Shown: positions 1 through 8,685, numbered from the stretch's first letter. The stretch: DNA of 10,943 nt from Oopsacas minuta (GCA_024704765.1 JAKMXF010000143.1:22998-33940); one strand, 5' to 3'. The notes: generated by a model from the sequence alone, not told the origin. Numbers and translations are program-made.

Positions 1-108
1 TAGCAACATTTAGAGGTTTGACATTCTATAATTGTATCCAAACCTTTAGATAAACCCATATGATTCTTTCTGATATTTATTATAGTATTTTATTCGGTCA
101 CTCTGGTT

Positions 109-1147
109 ATGACGAAAAAGAAAGAAATTTCCCAAGATGTTAGACAGCAGATTATTGGATTGAAAAAAGGTGGACATTCTTACGATAGTATTTCTACAAT
201 ATTTCTGTCCCTAAGTCGACAGTTCAGTTCATCATTTTTCGGTGGAAAACATCTGGGACCACTAACAATAAACCTCGTTCTGGGAGACCAAGTCTATTAT
301 CGCTACGAGCCCTCAGGAGACTTAAAGCGACTGTAAGAATGAACAGGTGGAAAACCTTATCCCATATCACTACCGAATTCAACCGATCTACTGTTACCAA
401 CCCCGTTTGCTTGAAGACTATTCAACGACGTCTGATCGATCTCTGATTTACTCCGCATATTCTGAAGAAAAAGCCACTAATATCAGAAAAAATAGAGTAA
501 ACAGGTTAAAATTTTATTAGTTACATGGTAGTTGGAGTATTGAGCAATGGAACAAGATTATCTGGTCCGATGAAGGTAGATTTAGACTATTTCATTCGGA
601 TGCGAGACAAAAGGTGTGGCGACAACCAAACGAACGCTATCTTCCAGAATGTCTCCGAAAAGGTATACAATAAGATCGTGGTTCAATAATGGTTTGGGGC
701 TGTTTTATTGGAAACGTTCTTGGACCCTGTTATGTAATTAATGAAAGAATGAGTTCTTCATCTTATATTCAGAATATTTTGTCGAAATTTTACTTGTCTT
801 TTTATCTTCAAATTTTAGAAAATTGCACCTCACCGATTTTTCAACAAGACAACGCCCCTGTGCATCGAGCCACACAAACTCACAAATGGTTTCAACAGAA
901 AGATGTACCAATAATGATCTGGCCTGCTCAATGTCCCGACTTAAATCCCATAGAAAGTCTATGGGACACATTACCAAGGCAAATCAATTCAAGACTAAAG
1001 AAGCCAACAACCCTAAAAGAATTGAAGGAAATTCTTTTAGAAGAATGGTACAAAATACCCACAACCAAATTAGAATATTTAGTGGAAAGTATGCCACGAA
1101 GGATGCTTGCTGTAAAAGAATCGAAGGGCATGCAAACAAGGTACTAA
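109..1147 (+). pseudogene. Tc1/mariner-superfamily transposase pseudogene (paired-like HTH + DD34E catalytic domain)
   Basis: Stitched translation: MTKKKEISQDVRQQIIGLKKGGHSYDSISTIF/VPKSTVQFIIFRWKTSGTTNNKPRSGRP...IWSDEGRF (D at 569-571)...GSIMVWGCF...FQQDNAPVH-...-WPAQCPDLNPIE, with exactly 34 residues between the second D and E. Lesions: -1 frameshifts at ~205 and ~490; in-frame stops at 444-446, 518-520 and 671-673. Confidence 0.95.
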
Positions 1148-1297
1148 AGTTGGAACTATACCTCTCTTATAATTATGATAGTATTAGAATATATACATGA
1201 ACTCATCTTCTAAATTTAGTCATAGTTGAGTGTGTAGTTTAGTTTTCTGTACGTATGACATATGTAATACGTAATACGTAATAAATTTTTGTAATTT

Positions 1298-1328
1298 GAG
1301 GGGTACAAGTACTTTTGTTCACGCAGTG
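1298..1328 (-). repeat. Right terminal inverted repeat of the Tc1-like element
   Basis: Reads CACTGCGTGAACAAAAGTACTTGTACCCC on the minus strand, resembling Tc1-family CACTG/CAGTG...AAAAGT termini, 150 bp after the transposase stop. It is followed by CA-TA rather than a clean TA, and the partner TIR is not visible. Confidence 0.7.
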
Positions 1329-2904
1329 CATAATCAATAATTATATAATCAGATATTTATGGAAGTTGACCACGTTATTATCGTATGATTCGTATCTAAT
1401 AAATTCATTTCAAATTATCTATACATGTATGATGTATCAAATATTTTGGTTTAGGGCTGTTTATGTAGTAGTAGACTAGTAGTATACTAGTATTTATAGT
1501 TTGAACTCCAATTTGTTATGGTTTCCTCTACCAAAGTGGATTAATAAGGGTTATGACTCACCATATTCACTACCAGCTTTAAATTATGTACTGAAAATCG
1601 TCCCAGAGAAGGGGGTCCCTAAAGTTCCCAGGCAGGCACAGACATTTGCTTCGAAATTTCCGATAAAGTAAGTAAGTCAATAGACTCAGTTGGTAAAGTG
1701 CTTAAATAATCCAGATTTAGTTTCTGTATTTCATCAGTTAGAGACATTTCAGTTCACTAAAGTCAATAACACGTTTGAGAAGGATTTGATAGGTTACTAT
1801 CTTTTCAGATCTTAGTATCTCGGTCAAACTCACGAAAAAACGACTGCACTCATGTGTCGATATTGGGAGAATCGCCTTTCCAATGGACTGGTTTGTAATC
1901 TGCCAGTTAAAACATAATGCAAGCTATCTCATATTAAGCCATTGGATAGATAAGCAATATTGGCATTTGTGTTAGTAAAGCTTCAATAGTTTGTTTAGTG
2001 AGGCCCATTTTCTTATAATGCTTCTAAATAATTAACCATTTATTCATTTCCAAGAGAAAGGTACATTTATCTTTCTGTGTATCTGGTGTAATAGCATTTC
2101 CAAAGTGAGGTGGATGATAAAGTTCTTTTGAATTGACAAAGCAGCCACCACATATTTATATGCTCTGAAATGCTGGAGTTCAATATCTTTGTTCTTAAGA
2201 TATTCGCGCATTGCAGCTTAAGTTGAAATGCCAAAAATAGCTAGAGCAAGTGTAACGGATTGTTTGTTATTTCCTGGATGAAGTGCTTGGTAGTTGAATG
2301 ATGAAAATTAGGAGAGAAGTCTGTGTCATGAACTTTATAAAGGCTAGACTAAAATACATTTCCCCCTGGAACTATATAATTGATTTCTTGAAGTTGTAAT
2401 TGTAGTGGGGGAATCTGAAAGAAACGAACACCAATAAGATTATTCTGGGTGTTTTTAACAAAGTGAACTGTATCAAAAAACAAATAAACAACAAGAGAAA
2501 TAAATGGATCGAGCATACGGTATTTCTTATCAGGACGGATACATATTCATTATATTGTTGCATGAAGAAATATTTGTTTGATGATTGTCAGAATTACAGC
2601 ACGGGGATGAAAATTTGAATTTATTAAGTTGTATACACAATTAAGGATACCTTCACTTACAATTTTTGATGACAGTATAGAAATTCGAAGAGCTTTAAAT
2701 GATGTAAGGGATAGCATTGGTGAGAGGCATTGCCTTAAAGCAAAGGATGCTCCTGAACATTCGTAGATTTCACCACTACCAAATAAAGCTTGTCCGTCAA
2801 ATTGAACCTATTGCTGTAAATGCATTTCACCAAGAATTAATATCATTTCCAAAGATCCTTCACAAAGTTTAGATAAATCTTTTCAACTATCAATAGAGTC
2901 TGAT

Positions 2905-2926
2905 TATCAACCACGTATCAACCACG
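2905..2926. repeat. 11-bp perfect tandem duplication (TATCAACCACG x2) inside the P-like pseudogene
   Basis: Directly visible; it breaks the reading frame just after the LPSQR motif. Confidence 0.9.
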
Positions 2927-3228
2927 TAACCTCTGACTCGGCAATAGTAAATATTATCTTAATAGATTATAAGATGCATTCGAAGCATAGCGCATTTGAA
3001 ATACGAATCGAAGTGCACTGGTAGAGCATTTCTTTAGGAAATTGTAGATGTGTCTCAACAAATCTCTAACAGATTCAAACTCGTAATTAGAGGTGACATT
3101 TCTACAATAATTTGGCAGTTTGTTAATAAATCCAAGTTACGGGTTTAGAAACTTCTGATTTCGATATATAATCTGGAAGAGGATAGGAAATCTTTCAAAG
3201 CATAGCTTGACTGTAAATCAGTGGTAAT

Positions 3229-3286
3229 ATTAATGGACATTTTGAATTAATGGATATTTGTAATTTATGGACATTTGTAATTTATG
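3229..3286. repeat. 17-bp tandem repeat, ~3.4 copies (consensus ATTWATGGACATTTGTA)
   Basis: Units ATTAATGGACATTTTGA, ATTAATGGATATTTGTA, ATTTATGGACATTTGTA and partial ATTTATG. Confidence 0.88.
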
Positions 3287-3436
3287 CGCTTCCAATTGGG
3301 GAAATTTTCAGATCCAAATCTTGTCAATTAATATATAGAATAATTCGAAGTATGTAGGTGTATCCAAATCTACAATTACTCTCTATCTGAATCAACCTAC
3401 AGAGTGTGTAAGAATGCAATATTATCTAGCCAATTG

Positions 3437-3506
3437 AATTCAATTATTTTGGCAACTGAACTGATAATTCAATTATTTTGGCAAACAAAAGCAATTAATT
3501 TGGCAA
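3437..3506. repeat. Short direct repeats upstream of the MULE-like ORF
   Basis: AATTCAATTATTTTGGCAA at 3437-3455 and 3466-3484 (identical), plus the variant CAATTAATTTGGCAA at 3492-3506. Confidence 0.8.
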
Positions 3507-3523
3507 TGCATATATTGATATAT

Positions 3524-3553
3524 TATATATATGTATATATATATGTATGTATA
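3524..3553. repeat. Imperfect (TA)n/(TATG) microsatellite
   Basis: TATATATATGTATATATATATGTATGTATA. It supplies the ORF-track ATG at 3547; the in-frame ATG at 3604 (MAEPTDF) is a more plausible start. Confidence 0.85.
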
Positions 3554-4283
3554 ATTCCAATAAGATATCAAATTCGTTCACAGCTCCATTTCCACAATTC
3601 TTTATGGCAGAACCTACTGATTTTGAAACATTGTCGCCAGTGACAAAAAGAAAGATGGTATGGGAAGAGATAAATATCATTACAGCATTAGAAGAGGCCC
3701 GAGAGTTAATTGAAACTCTCAAATTTATGGCAAGGAGGGTGATGAAAGCAGATTGTGAGCTGTATTATTGCAACTTCAGCAGGACTACACATCCTGATTG
3801 CTCAATAAAGGCCAAAATCGAAAAATATGGTTCTGAGTACAAGGTTTGCTTATTCGGTCACCACAAACATGATGAATGTAATCAAAAAGTAGAGTTGCGT
3901 AATAAAGGATTGTCTTATGAAAAGAAGCAACTGTGTTTAGAAATACTAAAATCAAGCCCCTACACTCTACCTAGAAAGATATTTGATATTATGGTAAACC
4001 AAAGACCTGATCTGACCTTCGTACCTGAGGATATTATCAAGATTCGCCATTTTAAATATAAAACAAATCTAGTATATTTGGTGTACATGTGGAAGACTCT
4101 CGTCAAGCGATGTGCGACGAAGTCTCTAAATACCAAGATCATTCACAAGTATTTGTTCGTCAAAAACCGGAAGAAATATATAATGACAAAGGGGAACTTT
4201 TCTTAACGATNGGGTCTTTAAATTGTACGTTATCAAATAGCAGAATAGAGACCATGACATGCATGTATTATCAACTTTCATAA
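3547..4283 (+). pseudogene. Probable Mutator-like (MULE) transposase N-terminal half with a WRKY/GCM1-type zinc finger; frameshifted, catalytic domain decayed or missing
   Basis: YYC-x9-C-x20-HKH zinc-finger pattern followed by a helical GLSYEKKQLCLEILKSSPYTLPRKIFDIM segment. A -1 shift at ~4065-4070 continues as SIFGVHVEDSRQAMCDEVSKYQDHSQVFV to the stop at 4281-4283. A faint MHVLSTF (cf. MULE LHxDxTF/Y) near 4260-4280 suggests decayed continuation to ~4420. One ambiguous base (n) at 4211. Confidence 0.55.
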
Positions 4284-4459
4284 TATCCTCACTAATGAAC
4301 CACAAGTGTTAAAAATTAGAAAATGTCAGTAATTACGTCATGACTAGGTTTATAGTCGTGCTACTAAAATCATTGGTATTTTTGAAACCTAAAGTGTCGA
4401 TTTAGTATATGTAAGTATAATTGTGGTGATTATACAGATTCATTTACCTATTTCCCCAT

Positions 4460-5040
4460 TATGGCCATTTTGCCACACTGTGTAACTGTCTTCCAGGACA
4501 AGAACTTGGGTTGGGGTGAGCACACGATCACAGCCTGGATAAACTTTCTTCGTGACCATGGGTTGAAATATATCTCGTCAATCCTCAACAAATTGGCGGA
4601 CATGGTCATGTTGTAGAAATTGATAAGAGCAAATCTGGGCATCGTAAGTACTCAAGAGGGCGAATGTTATCTGGGTAATGGGCATTCGGAGGGATCGACA
4701 GAGACACTAAAGAAATGTTCATGATACTTGTACAGGATCGTTCAGCTCAACCCTAGTGCCACTCATCGAGAAGTACATTTTGCCAGGTAGTACTATATAC
4801 TCCGATGAGTGGGCGTCTTACCATAGCATTCCTTCTGCAAATTTCCATCATCTTACCGTAAACCACAGTATAAACTTTGTTAACCCTGTAGCTGGTGCAC
4901 ATACACAAAGTATCAGAGTACCTGGGTGGAACCAAGAAATTTTTGAATCGGTCAATGAGCACAAACCGCGGAATATTAGATGTGCTCCTTGCAGAGGTAT
5001 GTTGGAGGAAAAGCATTATAATTTTAGTAATCACTAGATA
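4460..5040 (+). pseudogene. Merlin / ISXO2-like (IS1595-related) DDE transposase pseudogene, 5'-truncated
   Basis: HTITAWINFLRD/...NPQQIGGHGHVVEIDKSK(D 4622-4624)...GRMLSG*WAFGGIDRDTKEMFMILVQDRSAQ/LVPLIEKYILPGSTIYSDEW(D 4804-4806)...HLTVNHSINFVNPVAGAHTQSI/STW.../LDVLLAEVCWRK. -1 frameshifts at ~4557, ~4751, ~4915 (destroying the catalytic E codon) and ~4933; stop at 4676-4678. TIRs not found. Confidence 0.92.
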
Positions 5041-5267
5041 GGTCAGAAATCTACAACATCCAGGCAAAATCTGACCATGGCAAAGTAGAGTTTGAATTTT
5101 GGCCCGTTAGCAGATAATTTTGGAGAGTGTAAAATTTATCTGATAGAATTATCATAACGATGTTTGTGATCCGCGTAAAATTCCCCTTAATTTGAGGATC
5201 TTTGGGAATAGTTTTCCCTAGAAACACAGGAATGAGGCAACATTGCATTATGAAATATACCCTAACC

Positions 5268-6473
5268 CATGACCAACAAAAGATAAGGCCTCATCACTAC
5301 TTTTCACAAGGGATAAAAATTTCTCATCATAATTTATGTGGATATATTATTATGGGAAATTCTTAAATAGCAGACAATAAGAAACTAATACATTTTCACC
5401 CGAATAAATGTAGTATTGATATGTAAGAATTCATAAAAGCCACATTTATGAAATTTCAGATTGAAATGACGCCATCTGTTAGTGCAATTGGTAAGTATGT
5501 ATTAAAAATGCTCGATCTTTGAATCCATGCAGAACGTTAATTATTAATCTATTTCCAAAATGTTGAAATACCAAATGATCTGAAGCTGTTTCAGTACAAA
5601 ATGTAAAACATTGTCACGATGAAATTCCAAAGTTTTTAGTTATCGCAAAAATAACTCAATAATCACGGAAATATGGTCAAATCAACATAGCCTTTTTATA
5701 GTATACACACAACTTCCCATACCCTCGTAATATATTTTGATAAGTAGTCCTAAAATTTACGGCGTAATCTCAAAACTGACCATCTATGGGCATATTCATG
5801 ATTACGTCCAGGGTTTCATCCAGGCGTGTGCAACGCACCTACAGGCGCATGAATTTCCGCGAATATAGATCTAGGCGCGCGGAAAACTAAGGGGCAAATT
5901 TAAGGTGTATGGTTCATAAATACTGCATGAAACCCTGATTACGTCATATTGGTAGAGATATCATGTTATAATTTATATAAAGATAAGGGAAGTCAGGTGT
6001 ATACTATGCATTGGCTATGCTAAATTGATCATAATTATAACGATTATAGAGTTATAGGAGGATATTAACAAAACATATCACATCCATGATTTATGTAATA
6101 ACTCAGATAAATGGCACTTAATCACACGAAATTTTTTGTATTTTTTGTACAGAAACGGTTTTAGATCATTTGGAATTTCAACATTTTGAACATAGATAAA
6201 TAATTAACGTTACATGGGGTTTCAACGATGGAACATTTTTCAATACATATTTACCAATTACGCAATTAGATGAACTCAATTCGATCTGTAATCTTCACAT
6301 ATGTGGCTTTAGTGAATTCTTGCATATCAATAATACATTTATTCGGGTGAAAACGTAACATTTTCATATAATCGATGATTATAGAACTTCTCATTAAAAT
6401 ATATCTACATCTTTTTATCCCTGGTTCAGTGAAAATTGACTCAGTGATCAGAACTTATCTTTAGTAGGTTATG
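5268..6473. mobile_element. 1206-bp non-autonomous foldback element with long imperfect inverted arms; tentatively P superfamily (Galileo-like architecture)
   Basis: Arms 5268-5718 and 5987-6473 are colinear inverted copies (49/53 identical for 5393-5445 vs 6301-6353; 61/69 for 5533-5601 vs 6143-6211). Termini CATGACCAACAAAAGATAAG and (rc) CATAACCTACTAAAGATAAG match at 17/20. A perfect 7-bp direct repeat CCTAACC flanks it at 5261-5267 and 6474-6480. The structure is directly visible; the superfamily is inferred from 5'-CA termini plus the 7-bp TSD. Confidence 0.82.
5809..5937. mobile_element. 129-bp hAT-type MITE nested in the foldback spacer
   Basis: TIRs CAGGGTTTCATCCAG / (rc) CAGGGTTTCATGCAG (14/15). 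Perfect 8-bp TSD ATTACGTC at 5801-5808 and 5938-5945. GC-rich interior, no ORF. Confidence 0.92.
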
Positions 6474-8412
6474 CCTAACCCCATCGAGCATTGGTGTAAC
6501 CAACATAGGTATAGTGTTGAAGCACACATGACTCATTGATTGAGGCAGGTGGAAGATTAAATGGCATAAAATCGGGTGTGTGGGGTAGACATTACCTAGC
6601 CCAACGTGAAGAGGTGGCACAACTGCCTCACTTGTGCCAACTATATACGCCACTGCTATCGAGTGACCCCTTGTTTGACTATGCTGAGCTGGTTGAATCT
6701 AGTTACATCTATCGACACAGTAATTGAATTTTCCTACGATTTTGCGATAAAGCCCAAAGTGCCCCCTATAATTTTCCTGTTGTTACAAATTTCTTACATT
6801 TTGTATAAAACTATGAACGCCAAATTTATTTAGAGGTAGATCTCTGTATTAAAGACAAGTTATGCATGTTAATGCATATTAGATATAAAATCACTCAATA
6901 AATGTATTTTCTCTAGTTTACCATAGAATCTACTTAGCAAGAACCAATAAAATTTGCAGAGAATTTCTGACAAATGTATCTATAAAATGTCTGGTACCAG
7001 AAATGGATGATATACATTGTTTTGTGAATTTTACTCCAATTACTAGTATTCAATCTGTGTTTATCAAATATCCGAATTTTGTTTATATCACTACTTATTC
7101 TAGCACTTCATAATGGATATTGATTAACAAACTGGGGAGGAACCTGTTAATCTATACTATTTAAACGTGATTACTGAATGTATGCAATAGCAATATTTGT
7201 ACGTTTTCGGAGTTGTACGAAGAAACTGGTAGACGCAAGACTTAATAGCATACAGGGGTGTTTTGGGCCTGGCTCGGAAAATTTCGAGTCTTAAGCGAAA
7301 ATTCACACCAATGACAAAATTATGATGTTATTGGCACGTTTGTTTATTTTCGCAATCACATTATTCGCCACTGCTTAGTCAATCGTGATGCGGGGGCTTA
7401 TGAAAACTTGATCTTAGCATGGGACTTAGCACTTGGTGCATCGAACTAAGAAAATTACGTATCCCTAGATCGATCAGAACATATTCCGATGCAGTATAGG
7501 TAAGTGTACTGGAAGCTATCTGTTTTAGTTTAGCCTTACTTCACAAGTGTTCCTACATTTAAGCTATTCCATTGATATGTATATTCATACTTCCAAAGAT
7601 AAATTTACACAATATCAAATTTACATACACAAGCGCAGACACCTCACTATGATATATCTTCTCTTCATCTACTTCGGGGATAAATCCACAAATTGAATGG
7701 TGCACTACCCGTGTATATAGAACGTATAGACACCAAGCTTAGCGTTGACCAGTTCGGTATCAATGTTGGCTCTGAGAGAGAAAAGCCAGACTTGTGTCCT
7801 GAATCGGTAGCTCTTTTATCAGTAGATATATATAAGTAAGTCAGCGGGCCAGAGAGTATCTAGAGGGGCATAGTTGCTTTTCGCTGGACACAACACATTG
7901 TGAATTTCATAGATATCTTAGTTTTAGTAGATATATTTAGTTTTCCAAAATGTTGCATCGCAGTAATTAAAGCTCTAGGACATATAACCGAGTGAATGTT
8001 CGGATACAATTGCGTTATTAACCTCACATGCCATAGATTTTGCTAGCGCTAGCAATATCTGGAAAAATATCGATGATATACGTTTACTATTGACATTAGT
8101 GTATCGGAAATAGATGACTTTCTATTCATAAATAATACAGTTGTGATATCTAATTCGAACTGTTAACAAGTTTTTACATCAGATATCATGATTGACCATA
8201 TATGGTAATTAACTAGATAACCTTTGGAGTTAGGTACAAAACTCTATTATTGATGAATATTAAGTCGCCTATTGAGGATACAATCGTGTCAAAGAAACAG
8301 GTCCGTCATAATATTCTTCCAGATATGGCTAGAATCTGTTCATGTACATTTGCAAAGCAAACAGAGGAATGTATCAGCATTTCATAAAGATTTCCATTAT
8401 GTTTCGAAACAA

Positions 8413-8438
8413 CTACATGATATCATGATATCATGTAG
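8413..8438. repeat. 26-bp perfect palindrome containing an 8-bp tandem duplication (CATGATAT x2)
   Basis: CTACATGATATCATGATATCATGTAG equals its own reverse complement; CATGATAT occurs at 8416-8423 and 8424-8431. Confidence 0.9.
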
Positions 8439-8685
8439 ATATCGAAGATCTAACTCACTTATTCCTGGCTAAAAACAGCCTCTAAATCGACACAATGATC
8501 AGAAATAGCTAACTATATAGTCAGACGATGACATAAAATCTTGAGAAGATAAGCGTGTACACGGTTAACATATTTATGTGCTAGCAATAAATTTATTGGG
8601 ATAACTTAAATAGTTCATTTGTTTGTGTGATATTTTCAAAAATATAATCGTCTACCCACTATCCATATAGAATAATATTTGTAAG

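Larger units (their letters stand above)
1..1328 (+). mobile_element. Tc1-like DNA transposon (DD34E), defective; left end lies upstream of the window
   Basis: Contains the disrupted Tc1 transposase (109-1147) and ends in a Tc1-style terminus (reverse complement of 1298-1328 = CACTGCGTGAACAAAAGTACTTGTACCCCTC). No matching left TIR inside the window. Confidence 0.88.
1510..3290 (-). pseudogene. P-element-superfamily (THAP9-like) transposase, heavily decayed, THAP domain not seen
   Basis: Minus-strand motifs occur in the expected order: YPLPDYISKS...PNYCRN (~3090-3190); MRYASNASYNLLR*YLLLPSQR (2930-2995); ILILGEMHLQ (first catalytic D replaced by G, 2829-2831); RAVIxDNHQTN (D at 2587-2589); YLFFDTVHFVKNTQNNL (D-x2-H, D at 2472-2474); YQALHPGNNKQSVTLALAIF (~2230-2292); YVLTGRLQTSPLERRFSQYRHMS...EILRSEKI (~1795-1915). 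Many stops and frameshifts. The ends below ~1750 and above ~3230 are less certain. Confidence 0.88.
5051..6698 (-). pseudogene. Unidentified ORF (144 sense codons when reconstituted) interrupted by the foldback element; coding parts 6698-6474 and 5260-5051
   Basis: Removing 5261-6473 (element plus one TSD copy) gives ...GAT GGG GTT AGG|GTA TAT TTC ATA ATG..., joining ORF 6441-6653 to ORF 5051-5248 in frame: IQPAQHSQTRGHSIAVAYIVGTSEAVVPPLHVGLGNVYPTHPILCHLIFHLPQSMSHVCFNTIPMLVTPMLDGVR|VYFIMQCCLIPVFLGKTIPKDPQIKGNFTRITNIVMIILSDKFYTLQNYLLTGQNSNSTLPWSDFAWML*. The other five frames contain multiple stops. No family recognised. Confidence 0.55.

Noticed and set aside
738-1200. ORFs 738-977(-), 823-1200(+) and 928-1131(-)
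   Set aside because: Alternative or antisense frames overlapping the Tc1 transposase; no independent motifs.
1329-1352. CATAATCAATAATTATATAATCAG directly after the Tc1 TIR as a possible P-element terminus
   Set aside because: No convincing inverted partner or TSD found (only a loose resemblance near 4417-4435); a mutated TA target site explains the CA equally well.
2372-2563. 63-aa minus-strand ORF
   Set aside because: Out-of-frame reading of the P-like pseudogene; the real motifs are in neighbouring frames.
3404-4142. ORFs 3404-3643(+), 3495-3722(-) and 3960-4142(-)
   Set aside because: They overlap the microsatellite or the MULE-like ORF; low-complexity or shadow frames.
4448-5067. ORFs 4448-4642(-) and 4753-5067(-)
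   Set aside because: Antisense shadows of the Merlin transposase.
5260-5268. Foldback target site CCCTAACCC resembles a telomeric TTAGG(G) repeat
   Set aside because: A single unit at a single insertion cannot show targeting; it would need many insertion sites.
6480-6727. GIY-YIG-like YVGYT (minus strand) and BEL/Pao-like LIEAGGRL (plus strand) peptides; 8-bp hairpin at 6615-6639
   Set aside because: Isolated short matches without the surrounding conserved residues; the stop-free joined frame explains the region better.
7251-7300. TACAGGGGTG as a possible mariner/hAT terminus
   Set aside because: No inverted partner or TSD in the window.
7620-8100. Protein-like minus-strand reading (IFFQILLALAKSMAC...LWPADLLIYIY...QVWLFSL) suggesting a decayed secreted-protein gene
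   Set aside because: Eight stops in 160 codons is not clearly different from random AT-rich DNA, and no family was recognised. It needs a frameshift-aware homology search.
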